Source: Octopus sinensis
Taxonomy: Eukaryota
DNA length: 64,000 nucleotides
Reading direction: 5' to 3'
NCBI RefSeq assembly: GCF_006345805.1
Contig: NC_043001.1
Location: 125,736,001-125,800,000, forward strand
A program made the translations under genes and the position numbers. Below, piece by piece: positions 28,401 to 40,907 of this stretch. The notes under the pieces are model-generated. The model saw only the letters and a program-made list of their open reading frames with translations. It had not been told where the DNA came from and ran no database searches. Position 1 is the stretch's first letter. The number at the start of each line of letters is the position of its first letter.

Positions 28401-30124
28401 AAAAAATTAAATAGTCATAGACCGTTTTTAAGTTCAACATTAACAATTAAGGAACGGCCATAATAGGCCATTCACCCACTAGAATAACAGCCAAAGCTTC
28501 TACCGCAAATAAAGATTAATTCCGTAAACAGGAGAAAATTAAAAAAACATTTACCCTGTAATTTCTTGTACGGTATACCGTTTCATCCGCTGTTTAATGG
28601 TAAACTAACCTGATTAAATTAAATCAAGCCAATCCTCCATAAGCCCTCGGATTCTTCAGCAAGAAATAGCTCAAGTCGGGACATATATACACGAGGCATA
28701 CCCAATCTTGCCAAGTCAATATCTGACCTAAAATTTTCAAATCGTCGCACTCGCGCCAAATTTATCGGCAGCAAATAGATATCAGCCGTCGATTCCATTA
28801 CGGAATTAACCAAAAAATTCATAATTATCAATATAGGGTGGCAAGGAAAATTTTGTAGAATTTTATTGCCACCAGCGCCCAGTGGGAAAAAATTAAATAG
28901 TCATAGACCATTTTTAAGTTCAACATTACAATTAAGGAACGGCCATAATAGGCCATTCACCCACTAGAATAACAGCCAAAGCTTCTACCGCAAATAAAGA
29001 TTAATTCCGTAAACAGGAGAAAATAAAAAAACATTTACCCTGTAATTTCTTGTATGGTATACCGTTTCATCCGCTGTTTAATGGTAAACTAACCTGATTA
29101 AATTAAATCAAGCCAATCCTCCATAAGCCCTCGGATTCTTCAGCAAGAAATAGCTCAAGTCGGGACAGATATATACACGAGGCATACCCAATCTTGCCAA
29201 GTCAATATCTGACCTAAAATTTTCAAATCGTCGCACTCGCGCCAAATTTATCGGCAGCAAATAGATATCAGCCGTCGATTCCATTACGGAATTAACCAAA
29301 AAATTCATAATTAATCAATATAGGGTGGCAAGGAAAATTTTGTAGAATTTTATTGCCACCAGCGGCCCAGTGGGAAAAAATTAAATAGTCATAGACCGTT
29401 TTTAAGTTCAACATTAACAATTAAGGAACGGCCATAATAGGCCATTCACCCACTAGAAATAACAGCCAAAGCTTCTACCGCAAATAAAGATTAATTCCGT
29501 AAACAGGAGAAAATTAAAAAAACATTTACCCTGTAATTTCTTGTACGGTATACCGTTTCATCCGCTGTTTAATGGTAAACTAACCTGATTAAATTAAATC
29601 AAGCCAATCCTCCATAAGCCCTCGGATTCTTCAGCAAGAAATAGCTCAAGTCGGGACAGATATATACACGAGGCATACCCAATCTTGCCAAGTCAATATC
29701 TGACCTAAAATTTTCAAATCGTCGCACTCGCGCCAAATTTATCGGCAGCAAATAGATATCAGCCGTCGATTCCATTACGGAATTAACCAAAAAATTCATA
29801 ATTAATCAATATAGGGTGGCAAGGAAAATTTTGTAGAATTTTATTGCCACCAGCGGCCCAGTGGGAAAAAATTAAATAGTCATAGACCATTTTTAAGTTC
29901 AACATAACAATTAAGGAACGGCCATAATAGGCCATTCACCCACTAGAAATAACAGCCAAAGCTTCTACCGCAAATAAAGATTAATTCCGTAAACAGGAGA
30001 AAATTAAAAAAACATTTACCCTGTAATTTCTTGTACGGTATACCGTTTCATCCGCTGTTTAATGGTAAACTAACCTGATTAAATTAAATCAAGCCAATCC
30101 TCCATAAGCCCTCGGATTCTTCAG
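25396..30124 (-). repeat. Tandem array of a ~490-bp hammerhead-containing unit (retrozyme-like), about 9.6 copies, ribozyme sense on - strand
   Basis: Unit starts recur at about 25396, 25880, 26370, 26860, 27352, 27844, 28336, 28825, 29310 and 29801; the last copy is cut at 30124; copies are near-identical. Confidence 0.95.
25617..25723 (-). ncRNA. Type I hammerhead ribozyme in the first array unit (repeated in every unit)
   Basis: Minus strand: atttcttg-CTGAAGA-atccg..loop..cggat-GAAA-cggtataccg-TA-caagaaat. Confidence 0.9.
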
Positions 30125-32065
30125 TCTATGACTATTTAATTTTTTCCCACTGGGCCGCTGGTGGCAATAAAATTCTACAAAATTTTCCTTGCCACCCTAT
30201 ATTGATTAATTATGAATTTTTCGGTTAATTCCGTAATGGAATCGACGGCTGATATCTATTGCTGCCGATAAATTTGGCGCGAGTGCGACGATTTGAAAAT
30301 TTTAGGTCAGATATTGACTTGGCAAGATTGGGTATGCCTCGTGTATATATCTGTCCCGACTTGAGCTATTTCTTGCTGAAGAATCCGAGGGCTTATGGAG
30401 GATTGGCTTGATTTAATTTAATCAGGTTAGTTTACCATTAAACAGCGGATGATGAAACGGTATACCGTACAAGAAATTACAGGGTAAATGTTTTTTTAAT
30501 TTTCTCCTGTTTACGGAATTAATCTTTATTTGCGGTAGAAGCTTTAGCTGTTATTTCTAGTGGGTGAATGGCCTATTATGGCCGTTCCTTAATTGTTAAT
30601 GTTGAACTTAAAAATGGTCTATGACTATTTAATTTTTTCCCACTGGGCCGCTGGTGGCAATAAAATTCTACAAAATTTTCCTTGCCACCCTATATTGATT
30701 AATTATGAATTTTTTGGTTAATTCCGTAATGGAATCAACGGCTGATATCTATTTGCTGCCGATAAATTTGGCGCGAGTGCGACGATTTGAAAATTTTAGG
30801 TCAGATATTGACTTGGCAAGATTGGGTATGCCTCGTGTATATATCTGTCCCGACTTGAGCTATTTCTTGCTGAAGAATCCGAGGGCTTATGGAGGATTGG
30901 CTTGATTTAATTAATCAGGTTAGTTTACCATTAAACAGCGGATGAAACGGTATACCGTACAAGAAATTACAGGGTAAATGTTTTTTTAATTTTCTCCTGT
31001 TTACGGAATTAATCTTTATTTGCAGTAGAAGCTTTGGCTGTTATTTCTAGTGGGTGAATGGCCTATTATGGCCGTTCCTTAATTGTTAATGTTGAACTTA
31101 AAAATGGTCTATGACTATTTAATTTTTTCCCACTGGGCCGCTGGTGGCAATAAAATTCTACAAAATTTTCCTTGCCACCCTATATTGATTAATTATGAAT
31201 TTTTTGGTTAATTCCGTAATGGAATCGACGGCTGATATCTATTTGCTGCCGATAAATTTGGCGCGAGTGCGACGATTTGAAAATTTTAGGTCAGATATTG
31301 ACTTGGCAAGATTGGGTATGCCTCGTGTATATATCTGTCCCGACTTGAGCTATTTCTTGCTGAAGAATCCGAGGGCTTATGGAGGATTGGCTTGATTTAA
31401 TTTAATCAGGTTAGTTTACCATTAAACAGCGGATGAAACGGTATACCGTACAAGAAATTACAGGGTAAATGTTTTTTTAATTTTCTCCTGTTTATGGAAT
31501 TAATCTTTATTTGCGGTAGAAGCTTTGGCTGTTATGTCTAGTGGGTGAATGGCCTATTATGGCCGTTCCTTATTGTTAATGTTGAACTTAAAAATGGTCT
31601 ATGACTATTTAATTTTTTCCCACTGGGCCGCTGGTGGCAATAAAATTCTACAAAATTTTCCTTGCCACCCTATATTGATTAATTATGAATTTTTTGGTTA
31701 ATTCCGTAATGGAATCGACGGCTGATATCTATTGCTGCCGATAAATTTGGCGCGAGTGCGACGATTTGAAAATTTTAGGTCAGATATTGACTTGGCAAGA
31801 TTGGGTATGCCTCGTGTATATATCTGTCCCGACTTGAGCTATTTCTTGCTGAAGAATCCGAGGGCTTATGGAGGATTGGCTTGATTTAATTTAATCAGGT
31901 TAGTTTACCATTAAACAGCGGATGAAACGGTATACCGTACAAGAAATTACAGGGTAAATGTTTTTTTAATTTTCTCCTGTTTACGGAATTAATCTTTATT
32001 TGCGGTAGAAGCTTTGGCTGTTATTTCTAGTGGGTGAATGGCCTATTATGGCCGTTCCTTAATTG

Positions 32066-32069
<4 letters not shown>
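30125..32069 (+). repeat. Inverted block of the same array, about 4 copies, ribozyme sense on + strand
   Basis: Reverse complement of the left block; hammerheads at 30368-30477, 30862-30967, 31352-31458 and 31841-31947; ends in (TA)n at 32069-32098. Confidence 0.95.
30862..30967 (+). ncRNA. Type I hammerhead ribozyme (reference copy of the array motif)
   Basis: Stem I atttcttg 30862-69 / caagaaat 30960-67 (8 bp); CTGAAGA 30870-76; stem II atccg/cggat; GAAA 30944-47; stem III perfect palindrome ACGGTATACCGT; GUA triplet, predicted cut after 30959. Confidence 0.92.
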
Positions 32070-32099
<30 letters not shown>

Positions 32100-32101
<2 letters not shown>

Positions 32102-32365
32102 CGTATTCAGCATGACCGACCAGGCTATCAGATGTTGCTACACATCGCTGGTCACAATGCGCTTCGCATTGTTTTTTTAGCCCTCGAATGATGCCACTCC
32201 GCTGGCTAAGCGGGCAGGCCAACAAAAGAAAGAGTGAGAGAAAGTCGTGGCGAAAGAGTACAGCAGGGATCGCCACAACCCCCTGCCGGAGCCTCGTGGA
32301 GCTTTAGGTGTTTTCGCTCAATAAACACTCACAACGCCCGGTCTGGGAATCGAAACCGCAATCCT
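32100..32365 (-). mobile_element. Variant tRNA-derived SINE fragment
   Basis: Shares ggagctttaggtgttttcgctcaataaacactcacaacgcccggtctgggaatcgaaaccgc with copies at 35882-36263 and 36703-37083, but has a different 3' half. Confidence 0.75.
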
Positions 32366-32439
32366 ACGACCGCGAGTTTCAGCTCAGAGCTGTGGCCATA
32401 CATATTCATTTATATATACAAATCCAACATATTCTCTCA

Positions 32440-35400
32440 CAGCTGTTTCTATTTAGCCTAAAGATTAAAATACAATAATCCTTGGACAAGGTCCCTGAAC
32501 TTATCAAGCTGCCCAACGAATCATAACTCCAGGTCATGGTGGAAAACAGAAAGCCAAGGTGCTACACTTGTGGGTCTAACATAAATTTGAAGGCCCTCTG
32601 CTCATAACAACAAAATGGAGCTCAAGGGACAGTGGCTCTGCTACCACCACCACCACCACCACAAGAAGCCTTATGCAACAAGGAGAAATTGAATCTCCCA
32701 AGAAGGACTTGTGGTGGGGAAAAGCAAAAGTAGTTCCAAAAAACCATCCTAAGCTGAAAGTGAAAAGACAGGACAAGGAAAATTCACCTAATTGATTGGC
32801 TACACTTGACAACAATAACAACACACCCAAATCCCAACAACAAAAGCAATGCATACTCATTCAACCACAACCACAACCACAAAAAAGCACCAAAACAGAA
32901 TCAAATGCACAAAAAGAAATAATAATCACAAGAACTTGAACAACTTACTAGAGAACCCGAATGCCTCATCAACTTCACAGTGAGCTGATGCAGCAAGTAG
33001 GGAAAAACAAATATTCATACAAAGAAGTAGAGTTCAATAAATGTCTGTCAAAAACTCCCCATGACAGACAGCTGATTGATACAAACACATACCTAGAACT
33101 TAAAAAAAAAATACCTAAGACATTGGGCCTTTTAGGTTAAAACCACAAAAAAGGACTTTAGGAAGGCCCTTCATTAATGATAATGCATCACATGGCAGCT
33201 GAATCAGCTAACCCTCTAAAAATCCAAGGTAAGTGACCTTTTTCCATTTTGTTTCTCCAATAAACATGTCTGTTTTCAGGGTGGGGTGTATGAATGCTTG
33301 TGGCTTGGGGTCAGCTTGGAAGCAAGGTCACTCGCTAAACGACCTCAGGTCACTTGATTTAGATGTAGCAGCAATTAGCAAGACAAGGATTTCTAATGCG
33401 CAAGCACTACCACCCATTTTCGATGACTATGAGATATTCTCATCAAGTGGTCTGTCAGGAGCTGGTGGTGGGGAAGCAGTGCTATTCTGAAAATCCTTAG
33501 ATCTCGAAGTTAAGGCAATCTTCATGGAGCTGGGTGGCAGGCTGGTGGTCCTAGATGTGAATGGTAGCAAAAGTGGTGCCCTTAGACAGGTGGCTGTCTA
33601 TGCTCCAACAGTAGCTGGAAGGCTAGAATTCATCAGGCATCTAGAAACATTCCTGGGAACTTTCTTGCAGTTTAGTACTAGTAGGGGACTGGAATGGGAT
33701 TTTGAACACATGGAAGGACTGTGTGGGGATAGTACACAGAAGAATGGGGTGTAAAAACCTCAAAAACCTACTCAGAGACTTCCAATCATTTAATAGGTAT
33801 CAACTGGATTTCCCTGATGTGCTAATTTGTGAACATGGAGCAACCACAATGGGTCATCCAGATCGTATCTAGATAAAGTATTTGTTAGGTCAGAGGATAG
33901 AGATAGTGTAGGCTGTCCACAATTTAACTTTGGTTGGTTACACAGACCACAAGTTTGTGATCTGCACAGTCGAGTAAGGTAGGACCTGTAGATAGGGACC
34001 TGGAAGTTAAATGCGTCCTTTCTAACATGCAGAAACTACAAGGACTGGATTAGTGAACTAGTTAAGTGACAGTTGACGGGGATGGGGGGGGGGCTGCAAT
34101 CATCAACAACTGGTAGTGGGCTGCCCTGAAGAGGGTGATTAGAGCAGAATCAATAACATTTAGCATAGAGTTAGCAATAGAAAAGAATAGATTAAAGAGT
34201 GAGCTAGTTAGTAATTTAGGGCATTGTGACCAGTGTGTTAGCAACAAGAATGACCCATGACCATTTCTTTGAAGCAAAACACAGAGGTTGTGCTGTCAGA
34301 GCTAAGGCCCATGTGCTCAAACAGTAAGGAATTAAAGCTGTCCGATGGGCCTGAATGGTGGAGATGCAATGTGGAAACAAACCATGATGAGGTCTTTGAT
34401 GGATTGGGATGGGCACATGCTACGCAGCTCCGAGCAGATGTATGTGACTTTTTAGCAGCACTTCACACAGCTGTTTGGAGAGGGCGATGGGTCGACAATG
34501 ATACTGGACTTAAGTTTGTAGCTGGACAGCTTGCCACAGCTGACACAAGGTTACGTGAAAGGCCGATAACAGCCACTGAAATCTGGAAGGTGATGAGCAA
34601 TTGCACAAGTCACAGATTGCCCAATTTGGATGGTCTGCCCTATGAATTCTATGTATTCATGCTAGATTTGTTTGGCAACCCCTTAGCAGATATCTACTGC
34701 AACTGACAAAAGAACAGGAGAATTCCTAGTGCTGTTAGCAGAGGTGTGGTGACACTGTTCAAGAAAGACACCAATAATGAAGATGTACTAGAGAATTTTC
34801 GGCCCATAACTCTGCTAAACACAGAGTTTAAAATGTTGGCCAAGGTGTTAGCAAAAAGGCTAGCGCTTGTCATCGGTAGCCTGGTTGGAGAAGCGCAAAC
34901 ATGCAAAATCCCAAGCAGGTCTATCCACAACAACCTCCACCTTGTGTGATACATCATAAAGGGCTGAGACCAAAGCTGGCTTCAGGGGTGCTCTAATCAC
35001 TTTGGATCAATCAAAAGCATTCGATAGGGTCAACCATCGCTACTTGGAAGCCGTCCTGAAAGCAGGAAGTTTTGGACCTGTTTCCAGAGGCTGGATCGCT
35101 GCAATGCACAGTGGCACCTGTTCAGTGGTCAAAGGAAATGGCAACCGATCAGAGCCTTTTGACATTGCACACTCGGTCACAAAGAGCTGCCTGCAGTTGC
35201 CTCTTCTGTATTGGCACTCAAACCACTGCTGCAGAAGTTAGAACAGCTAAGGGGCATACCTTTCAAACTGGGACAAAGAAGGGCTGTGTCAGCATATATG
35301 GACAATGACACCATCATGGTATCAGACACCTCTGAAGTGGAGATGGTCAGCACCATCCTGAAGGAATATGAGTTGGTTGCAGGGGCTAAAATCAATGCCA

Positions 35401-35880
35401 ACAAATTGGTGGGTTTGCAGGTGGGCTCCTGGAGAGGCAGGATGATGCCATCAGACAGCAGCAGTGGACGATGGACCCACAGGTCAGTTAAACTGCTCAG
35501 GATCTGGTTTGGTCCCGACCTCCAGGTTGATAAGAACTAGGATGAAGTGGTGAACATGGTGGCCAATCTTACCCAGAAATGGGGTGAGAGGAAGCTGTCC
35601 TTGGAAAGTCAAGTGGAGGTGGTGAATGCTAACATCACCCATTATCATTTATTGTCTGACCGTCATGCCACGTCCTGGTTACTGCTTGACCAGGTCAAAG
35701 TGTCTTTTATTTAAATTCTTGTGGAAGGGACACGTTCCAATGGGCAGGCAGTCAGTCTGTTGCTAGCATCCTCATCTTTCCGCAGCTCATCTCTTTGACA
35801 GAGCTGCAGTCCTGGGTGAAGAAAAGACTGAGGCTGGGTATCTGGCACCTAAAATGTCATCAGGTGCTCACTCTCTTATG
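32440..35880 (+). mobile_element. Degenerate L1-clade (Tx1-like) LINE: ORF1 zinc-knuckle relic, APE endonuclease and RT
   Basis: KPRCYTCG; VGCMNACGLG..DLDVAAISKTR; AVYAPT; GTWKLNAS; DGLPYEFY; NFRPITLLNTEFKMLAKVLAKRL; DQSKAFDRVNH; many frameshifts. Confidence 0.85.
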
Positions 35881-35881
35881 G

Positions 35882-37083
35882 AAGCACTCCGTCGGTTACG
35901 ACGACGAGGGTTCCGGTTGATCCGAATCAACGGAACAGCCTGCTCGTGAAATTAACGTGTAAGTGGCTGAGCACTCCACAGACACATGTACCCTTAACAT
36001 AGTTCTTGGGGATATTCAGCGTGACACAGAGAGTGACAAGGCCAGCCCTTTGAAAGACAGGTACAACAGAAACAGGAAGTAAGAGTGAGAGAGGGTTGTG
36101 GTGAAAGAGTACAGCAGGGATCACCACCATCCACTGCCGGAGACTCGTGGAGCTTTTTAGGTGTTTTCGCTCAATAAACACTCACAACGCCCGGTCTGGG
36201 AATCGAAACCGCGATCCTATGACCACGAGTCCGCTGCCCTAACCACTGGACCATTGCGTCTCCACTCAGGTGCTTACAGCCCTCTACCAGTTGGGCAATG
36301 GAATCGGTGGATGTTCCGCTTTAGAAATTTATAGAGGATTAGTGGTGGGGAACAGCGACAGCATTCTCAGGGAGACGTGCATACATAAATGTATACATAT
36401 GCATAAATCTTTTTTTGTATGTATGTGTGCATGAGTATATGTGAGAGAGAGAGAGAGAGTGTGCCACTTACACATCACTCTCTCTCTCTCACACACACAC
36501 ACAAACACACACACATATACAACTGGCTTCTTTTACTTTCCGTCTACCAAATCCACCCACAAGGCTCTGGTCAGCCCGAGGCTATAGTAGAAGACACTTG
36601 CCCAAGGTAACACAGTGGGATTAAACCGCGCCCCCCCCACACACACACGTATATATATATATATAAATTAATAAATAAAACATATGCATATATACATGGA
36701 TGGAAGCACTCCGTCGGTTACGACAACAAGGGTTCCGGTTGATCCGATCAACGGAACAGCCTGCTCGTGAAATTAACGTGTAAGTGGCTAAGCACTCCAC
36801 AGACACGTGTACCCTTAACGTAGTTCTCGGGAATATTCAGCGTGACACAGAGAGTGACAAGGCCGGCCCTTTGAAATACAGGTACAACAGAAACAGGAAG
36901 TAAGAGTGAGAGAAAGTTGTGGTGAAAGAGTACAGCAGGGATCACCACCATCCCTGCCGGAGCCTCATGGAGCTTTAGGTGTTTTCGCTCAATAAACACT
37001 CACAACGCCCAGTCTGGGAATCGAAACCGCGATCCTACGACCGTGAGTCCGCTGCCCTAACCATTGGGCCATTGTGCCTCCAC
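35882..37083 (-). mobile_element. Two full tRNA-derived SINE copies (35882-36263 and 36703-37083)
   Basis: Reverse complements of the + copies at 38617-39000 and 62088-62459. Confidence 0.88.
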
Positions 37084-37434
37084 TATATACACATACATAT
37101 ATGTATGTACCTACATCTACATGTATATATACATGCATATATGGGTACAGGACACCAAAAAAAAAAATGTCGAACACAATGAGAAACGAAAACATAAACA
37201 CAAAACCAAGGAAATGGACACTTTTCTTAAACAATGAAAAAATAGAGTACAGGACAAATAACACAAAGAAAATTCCCCTTCTTCAGTTGCTATGGTTTCA
37301 TCCACTCTGCGTTTCGAAACACACATATATAAATAAATATATGTATATAATATATATATATATAATATATATATATTATATATATATATATATATAATAT
37401 ACATATACATATATATATTATATACATATACATT

Positions 37435-37498
<64 letters not shown>

Positions 37499-37902
37499 TA
37501 TATAATATACATTTATATATATATATTATATACATACATACATATATACATACATAAAAGATACTTGTCCTGATCATTATTAATGCACCTTTTTCCCATG
37601 CTGGTATGGGTTGAACAGGACTCTTTGAAGGAATGTTTCATGGCTAGATATTCCTACTGATGTTAACTTTCTTTTAGTCTCAATTTTTGAGACACGGAAT
37701 TAAAGCACACCTGTTTCTGAAGACCAGGGTACATAACATAATTATATATTGAACTCACATGAACATCACTGGCAGGTGAAATGGTCAAAATAAGGAATCT
37801 ATATCGGTTACCTTTTAATTGTTTTAGTCATTTTAATCATGCTATGATACCACCTTGGAAAATCTATATGGAAATTCTTTTTTTATTTATTTATCTATTT
37901 CC

Positions 37903-38312
37903 GGATCTTTTCGGTTTGAACGGCAGTTTTTTAAAAATAATTTGTAGGTAACTAAAAAATTTTAAACTTCGTATACTGGTAGAATGTGTTTATAAAACAT
38001 CTTTTTCTCTTGCCTTTATTGAGAAAATTCTATAGTTTGTAAGATATTTGTTGTTTTTTTCTTCAATTTCAGCAATTTCAACCAATCAATGACGTCTATT
38101 GAGGTGAAAACATTCTGTGCCGTATGAATATGTCCCTCGTTTAAGAAACAGATTGGGTTTATTTACATTTCTGAAGAAAAAAAGATACCCTTCCCCCCAC
38201 CCCTAACCAACCCTAACCCTAAAACAGATTGAAATGCAATAGATCGACTCTAGGGTCATAATTATGGGTGACAATTTCATATGAAACCGCTAGAAAAACT
38301 GCCGTTCAAACC
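37903..38312. mobile_element. MITE (Merlin-like TIR), right end truncated
   Basis: Begins GGATCTTTTCGGTTTGAACGGCAGTTTT; same family as 40253-40652. Confidence 0.75.
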
Positions 38313-38616
38313 TTTAGACTTTCATCAACCGATTTATTTGGATATTTGGATTCGCAAAAAAAAAAAAAAAAAAAAAAAACAACCAGAAAAAATGAGAGAA
38401 AGAGAGAAAGAACAATTACCAATGAAAATATTTGCGTTTCAACAGATCTGGAATAACTAATTATTGATGAAATTAAAAATGATATAGAAACTTTCTAGAA
38501 ATATTTTCGGTTATTGTTGTTAATGCAAGATGAACATGGACTGAGCAATCAGGTGATTAGAAGTGTCCAAGCTGTGATCCCACATTTTTTCTTTCAAGCA
38601 TAATGTACCAAAAACT

Positions 38617-39000
38617 GTGGAGGCGCAATGGCCCAGTGGTTAGAGCAGCGGACTCGCGGTCGGAGGATCGCGGTTTCGATTCCCAGACCGGGCATTGTGA
38701 GTGTTTATTGAGCGAAAACACCTAAAGCTCCACGAGGCTCCGGCAGGGGGTGGTGGTGAACCCTGCTGTACTCTTTCACCACAACTTTCTCTCGTTCTCT
38801 CTTCCTGTTCCTCTTGTACCTGTATTTCAAAGGGCCAGCCTTGTCACACTTTGTGTCATGCTGAATCTCCCCGAGAACTACATTAAGGGTACACGTGTCT
38901 GTGGAGTGCTCAGCCACTTGCACGTTAATATCACGAGCAAGCTGTTCCGTTGATTGTATCAGCTGGGACCCTCATCGTCGCGACCGACGGAGTGCTCCTA
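38617..39000 (+). mobile_element. tRNA-derived SINE with 11-bp TSD
   Basis: tRNA-like head ggaggcgcaatggcccagtggttagagcagcggactc...gtttcgattcc; TSD taccaaaaact at 38606-38616 and 39001-39011. Confidence 0.9.
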
Positions 39001-39333
39001 TACCAAAAACTAAATTGTCTTTAATACGTTTCCTTCCTTTTTAAAGAGAGCAGAGTGCAATCTGGGAGCAATTTGAATGTTATTTTTAGCGGGCGCCATG
39101 ATTACGTAAGGACTCTTTCTTCACCTTGAAATATTTCAGGTTTGATTGTGTTGAGGTTGGGTACATGCTGCTAAAATTTTTTTTTCAACAAACAAATGCA
39201 AACATCCAACGAGGGAAACTCTACACGGTGGTGGGAACAACTAAAAACAGCATCCAAACTCGAACTACAGTCTTTAAAAAGGACACATTAAACAATAAAA
39301 AGAGAAAAAAATTAGAATGCCTTTTATCATGAA

Positions 39334-40105
39334 CTAGCAGTTTCGCCCGGCGTTGCTCGGGTTTGTAAGGGAAATAACTATAAAGCATTTTTAGAGAGTT
39401 ATAGCCAAAAAATAGCATTAAAAATGGAAAAAAAATGATGGTAAATTTTTTTTTTAATCGTTGACTCATCGTAGACATTTTTAGAGAGTTTCTTCCCTTA
39501 TAAAATAGCGGAAAAAATGATGGTAAATTTTTTTTAAATCGTAGACTCATCGTAGACGCGCGCTAATACCCAGAAGGGCTCGATATGAATCACGACTATA
39601 AGATACCCGGTTTTGGTTAAACTGCACCGCAAAATGTGGGAGTAGTTAGGAATCTAAATCGTAGGAGACAGACACTCACACAACTTCACTTTTATATATC
39701 TAAATAGAAGACTAGCAGTATCGTCCGGCGTTGCTCGGGTTTGTAAGGGAAATAACTATATAAGCATTTTTAGAGAGTTATAGCAAAAAAATAGCAAAAA
39801 AATGCATTAAAAATGGAAAAAAATTATGGTAAATTTTTTTTAAATCGTTGACTCATCGTAGACATTTTTAGAGAGTTACTTCCCTTATATAATAGCGAAA
39901 AAATGCAATAAAATGGAAAAAAATGATGGTAAATTTTTTTTTAAATCGTAGACTCATCGTAGATGCGCGCTAATAACCAGAAGGGCTCGATATGAATCAC
40001 GACTATAAGATACCCGCTTTTGGTTACACTGCACCGCAAAATGTGGGAGTAGTTAGGAATCTAAATCGTAGGAGACAGACACAACTTGACTTTTATATAT
40101 AAAGA
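39334..40105 (-). mobile_element. Head-to-tail dimer of a ~380-bp non-autonomous Helitron (39334-39711, 39712-40105)
   Basis: Minus strand: TC start, 3' hairpin cccgagcaacgccggg plus CTAG; CTAG|TC junction between the copies. Confidence 0.82.
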
Positions 40106-40252
40106 TTTCAGAAAAGCAAGAAAATGTTTCCGATACGACTTACGAGATTTATGATACCTAAAAAATAATTAATTTAGTAAAAGAGTAATAAATGTTTTAC
40201 TGGTGAGATATAGAGTCACGTGAACATTACGAACCGTCGTAATTCGTACTTT

Positions 40253-40652
40253 GGATATTTTCGGTTTGAACTGCAGTTTTTAATATAATTTATAGGTAAC
40301 TAAAAAATTTTAAACTTCTTATACTGGTGGAATGTGTTATAAAACATCTTTTTCTCTTGACTTCATCGAGAAAATTCTATAGTTTGTAAGATATTTGTTG
40401 GGGGTTTTTTTCTGCAATTTCAACCAATCACTGACGTCTATTGAGGTAAACAACATTCTGTGCCGTATGAATATGTTCCTCGTTTAAGAAACAGACTGGG
40501 TTTATTTACATTTCTGAAGAAAAAAAGATACCCCCCCCTCTAACCCTAAAATAGATTGAAATGCAATAAGATCGATACCAGGGTCATAATTATGGGTGGC
40601 AATTTCATATGAAACCGCTAGAAAAAAACTGCCGTTCAAACCGAAAAGATCC
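40253..40652. mobile_element. 400-bp MITE with GG..CC TIRs and 8-bp TSD (Merlin-like)
   Basis: TIRs ggat(a/c)ttttcggtttgaac / gttcaaaccgaaaagatcc; TSD cgtacttt / cgtaattt (1 mismatch). Confidence 0.82.
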
Positions 40653-40907
40653 CGTAATTTTCATTCACGGTTATTATCAAATCAATACAATTACAGATTA
40701 CGCTTAGGATAATATCATTTTTTTTAAATAGAAATATTAAAATTCTCAAATTGAAAGGATTAAATAAAACAACTACTACGAAATAAAATAAAAGATATTA
40801 CAAAATATGGAAGAACTAATTAAATACAGCTATATAAGTGTAAGTATAAATCAGTCACTATACTAAATAGAAATAGGTATAATGTTTCTAAGCTAGGGTA
40901 AAAAATT

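Noticed and set aside
25396-32069. CRISPR-like array interpretation
   Set aside because: Units are wholly repeated with no unique spacers, there are no cas genes, and the context is eukaryotic
37280-37325. ctgaagaa and gaaac strings on the minus strand
   Set aside because: Order and pairing do not form a hammerhead; probably a PLE tail fragment
38617-38695. tRNA gene-like sequence (also 62088 and the minus-strand copies)
   Set aside because: It is the head of a SINE: it continues into a 380-bp repeat body with a TSD and lacks a proper acceptor stem
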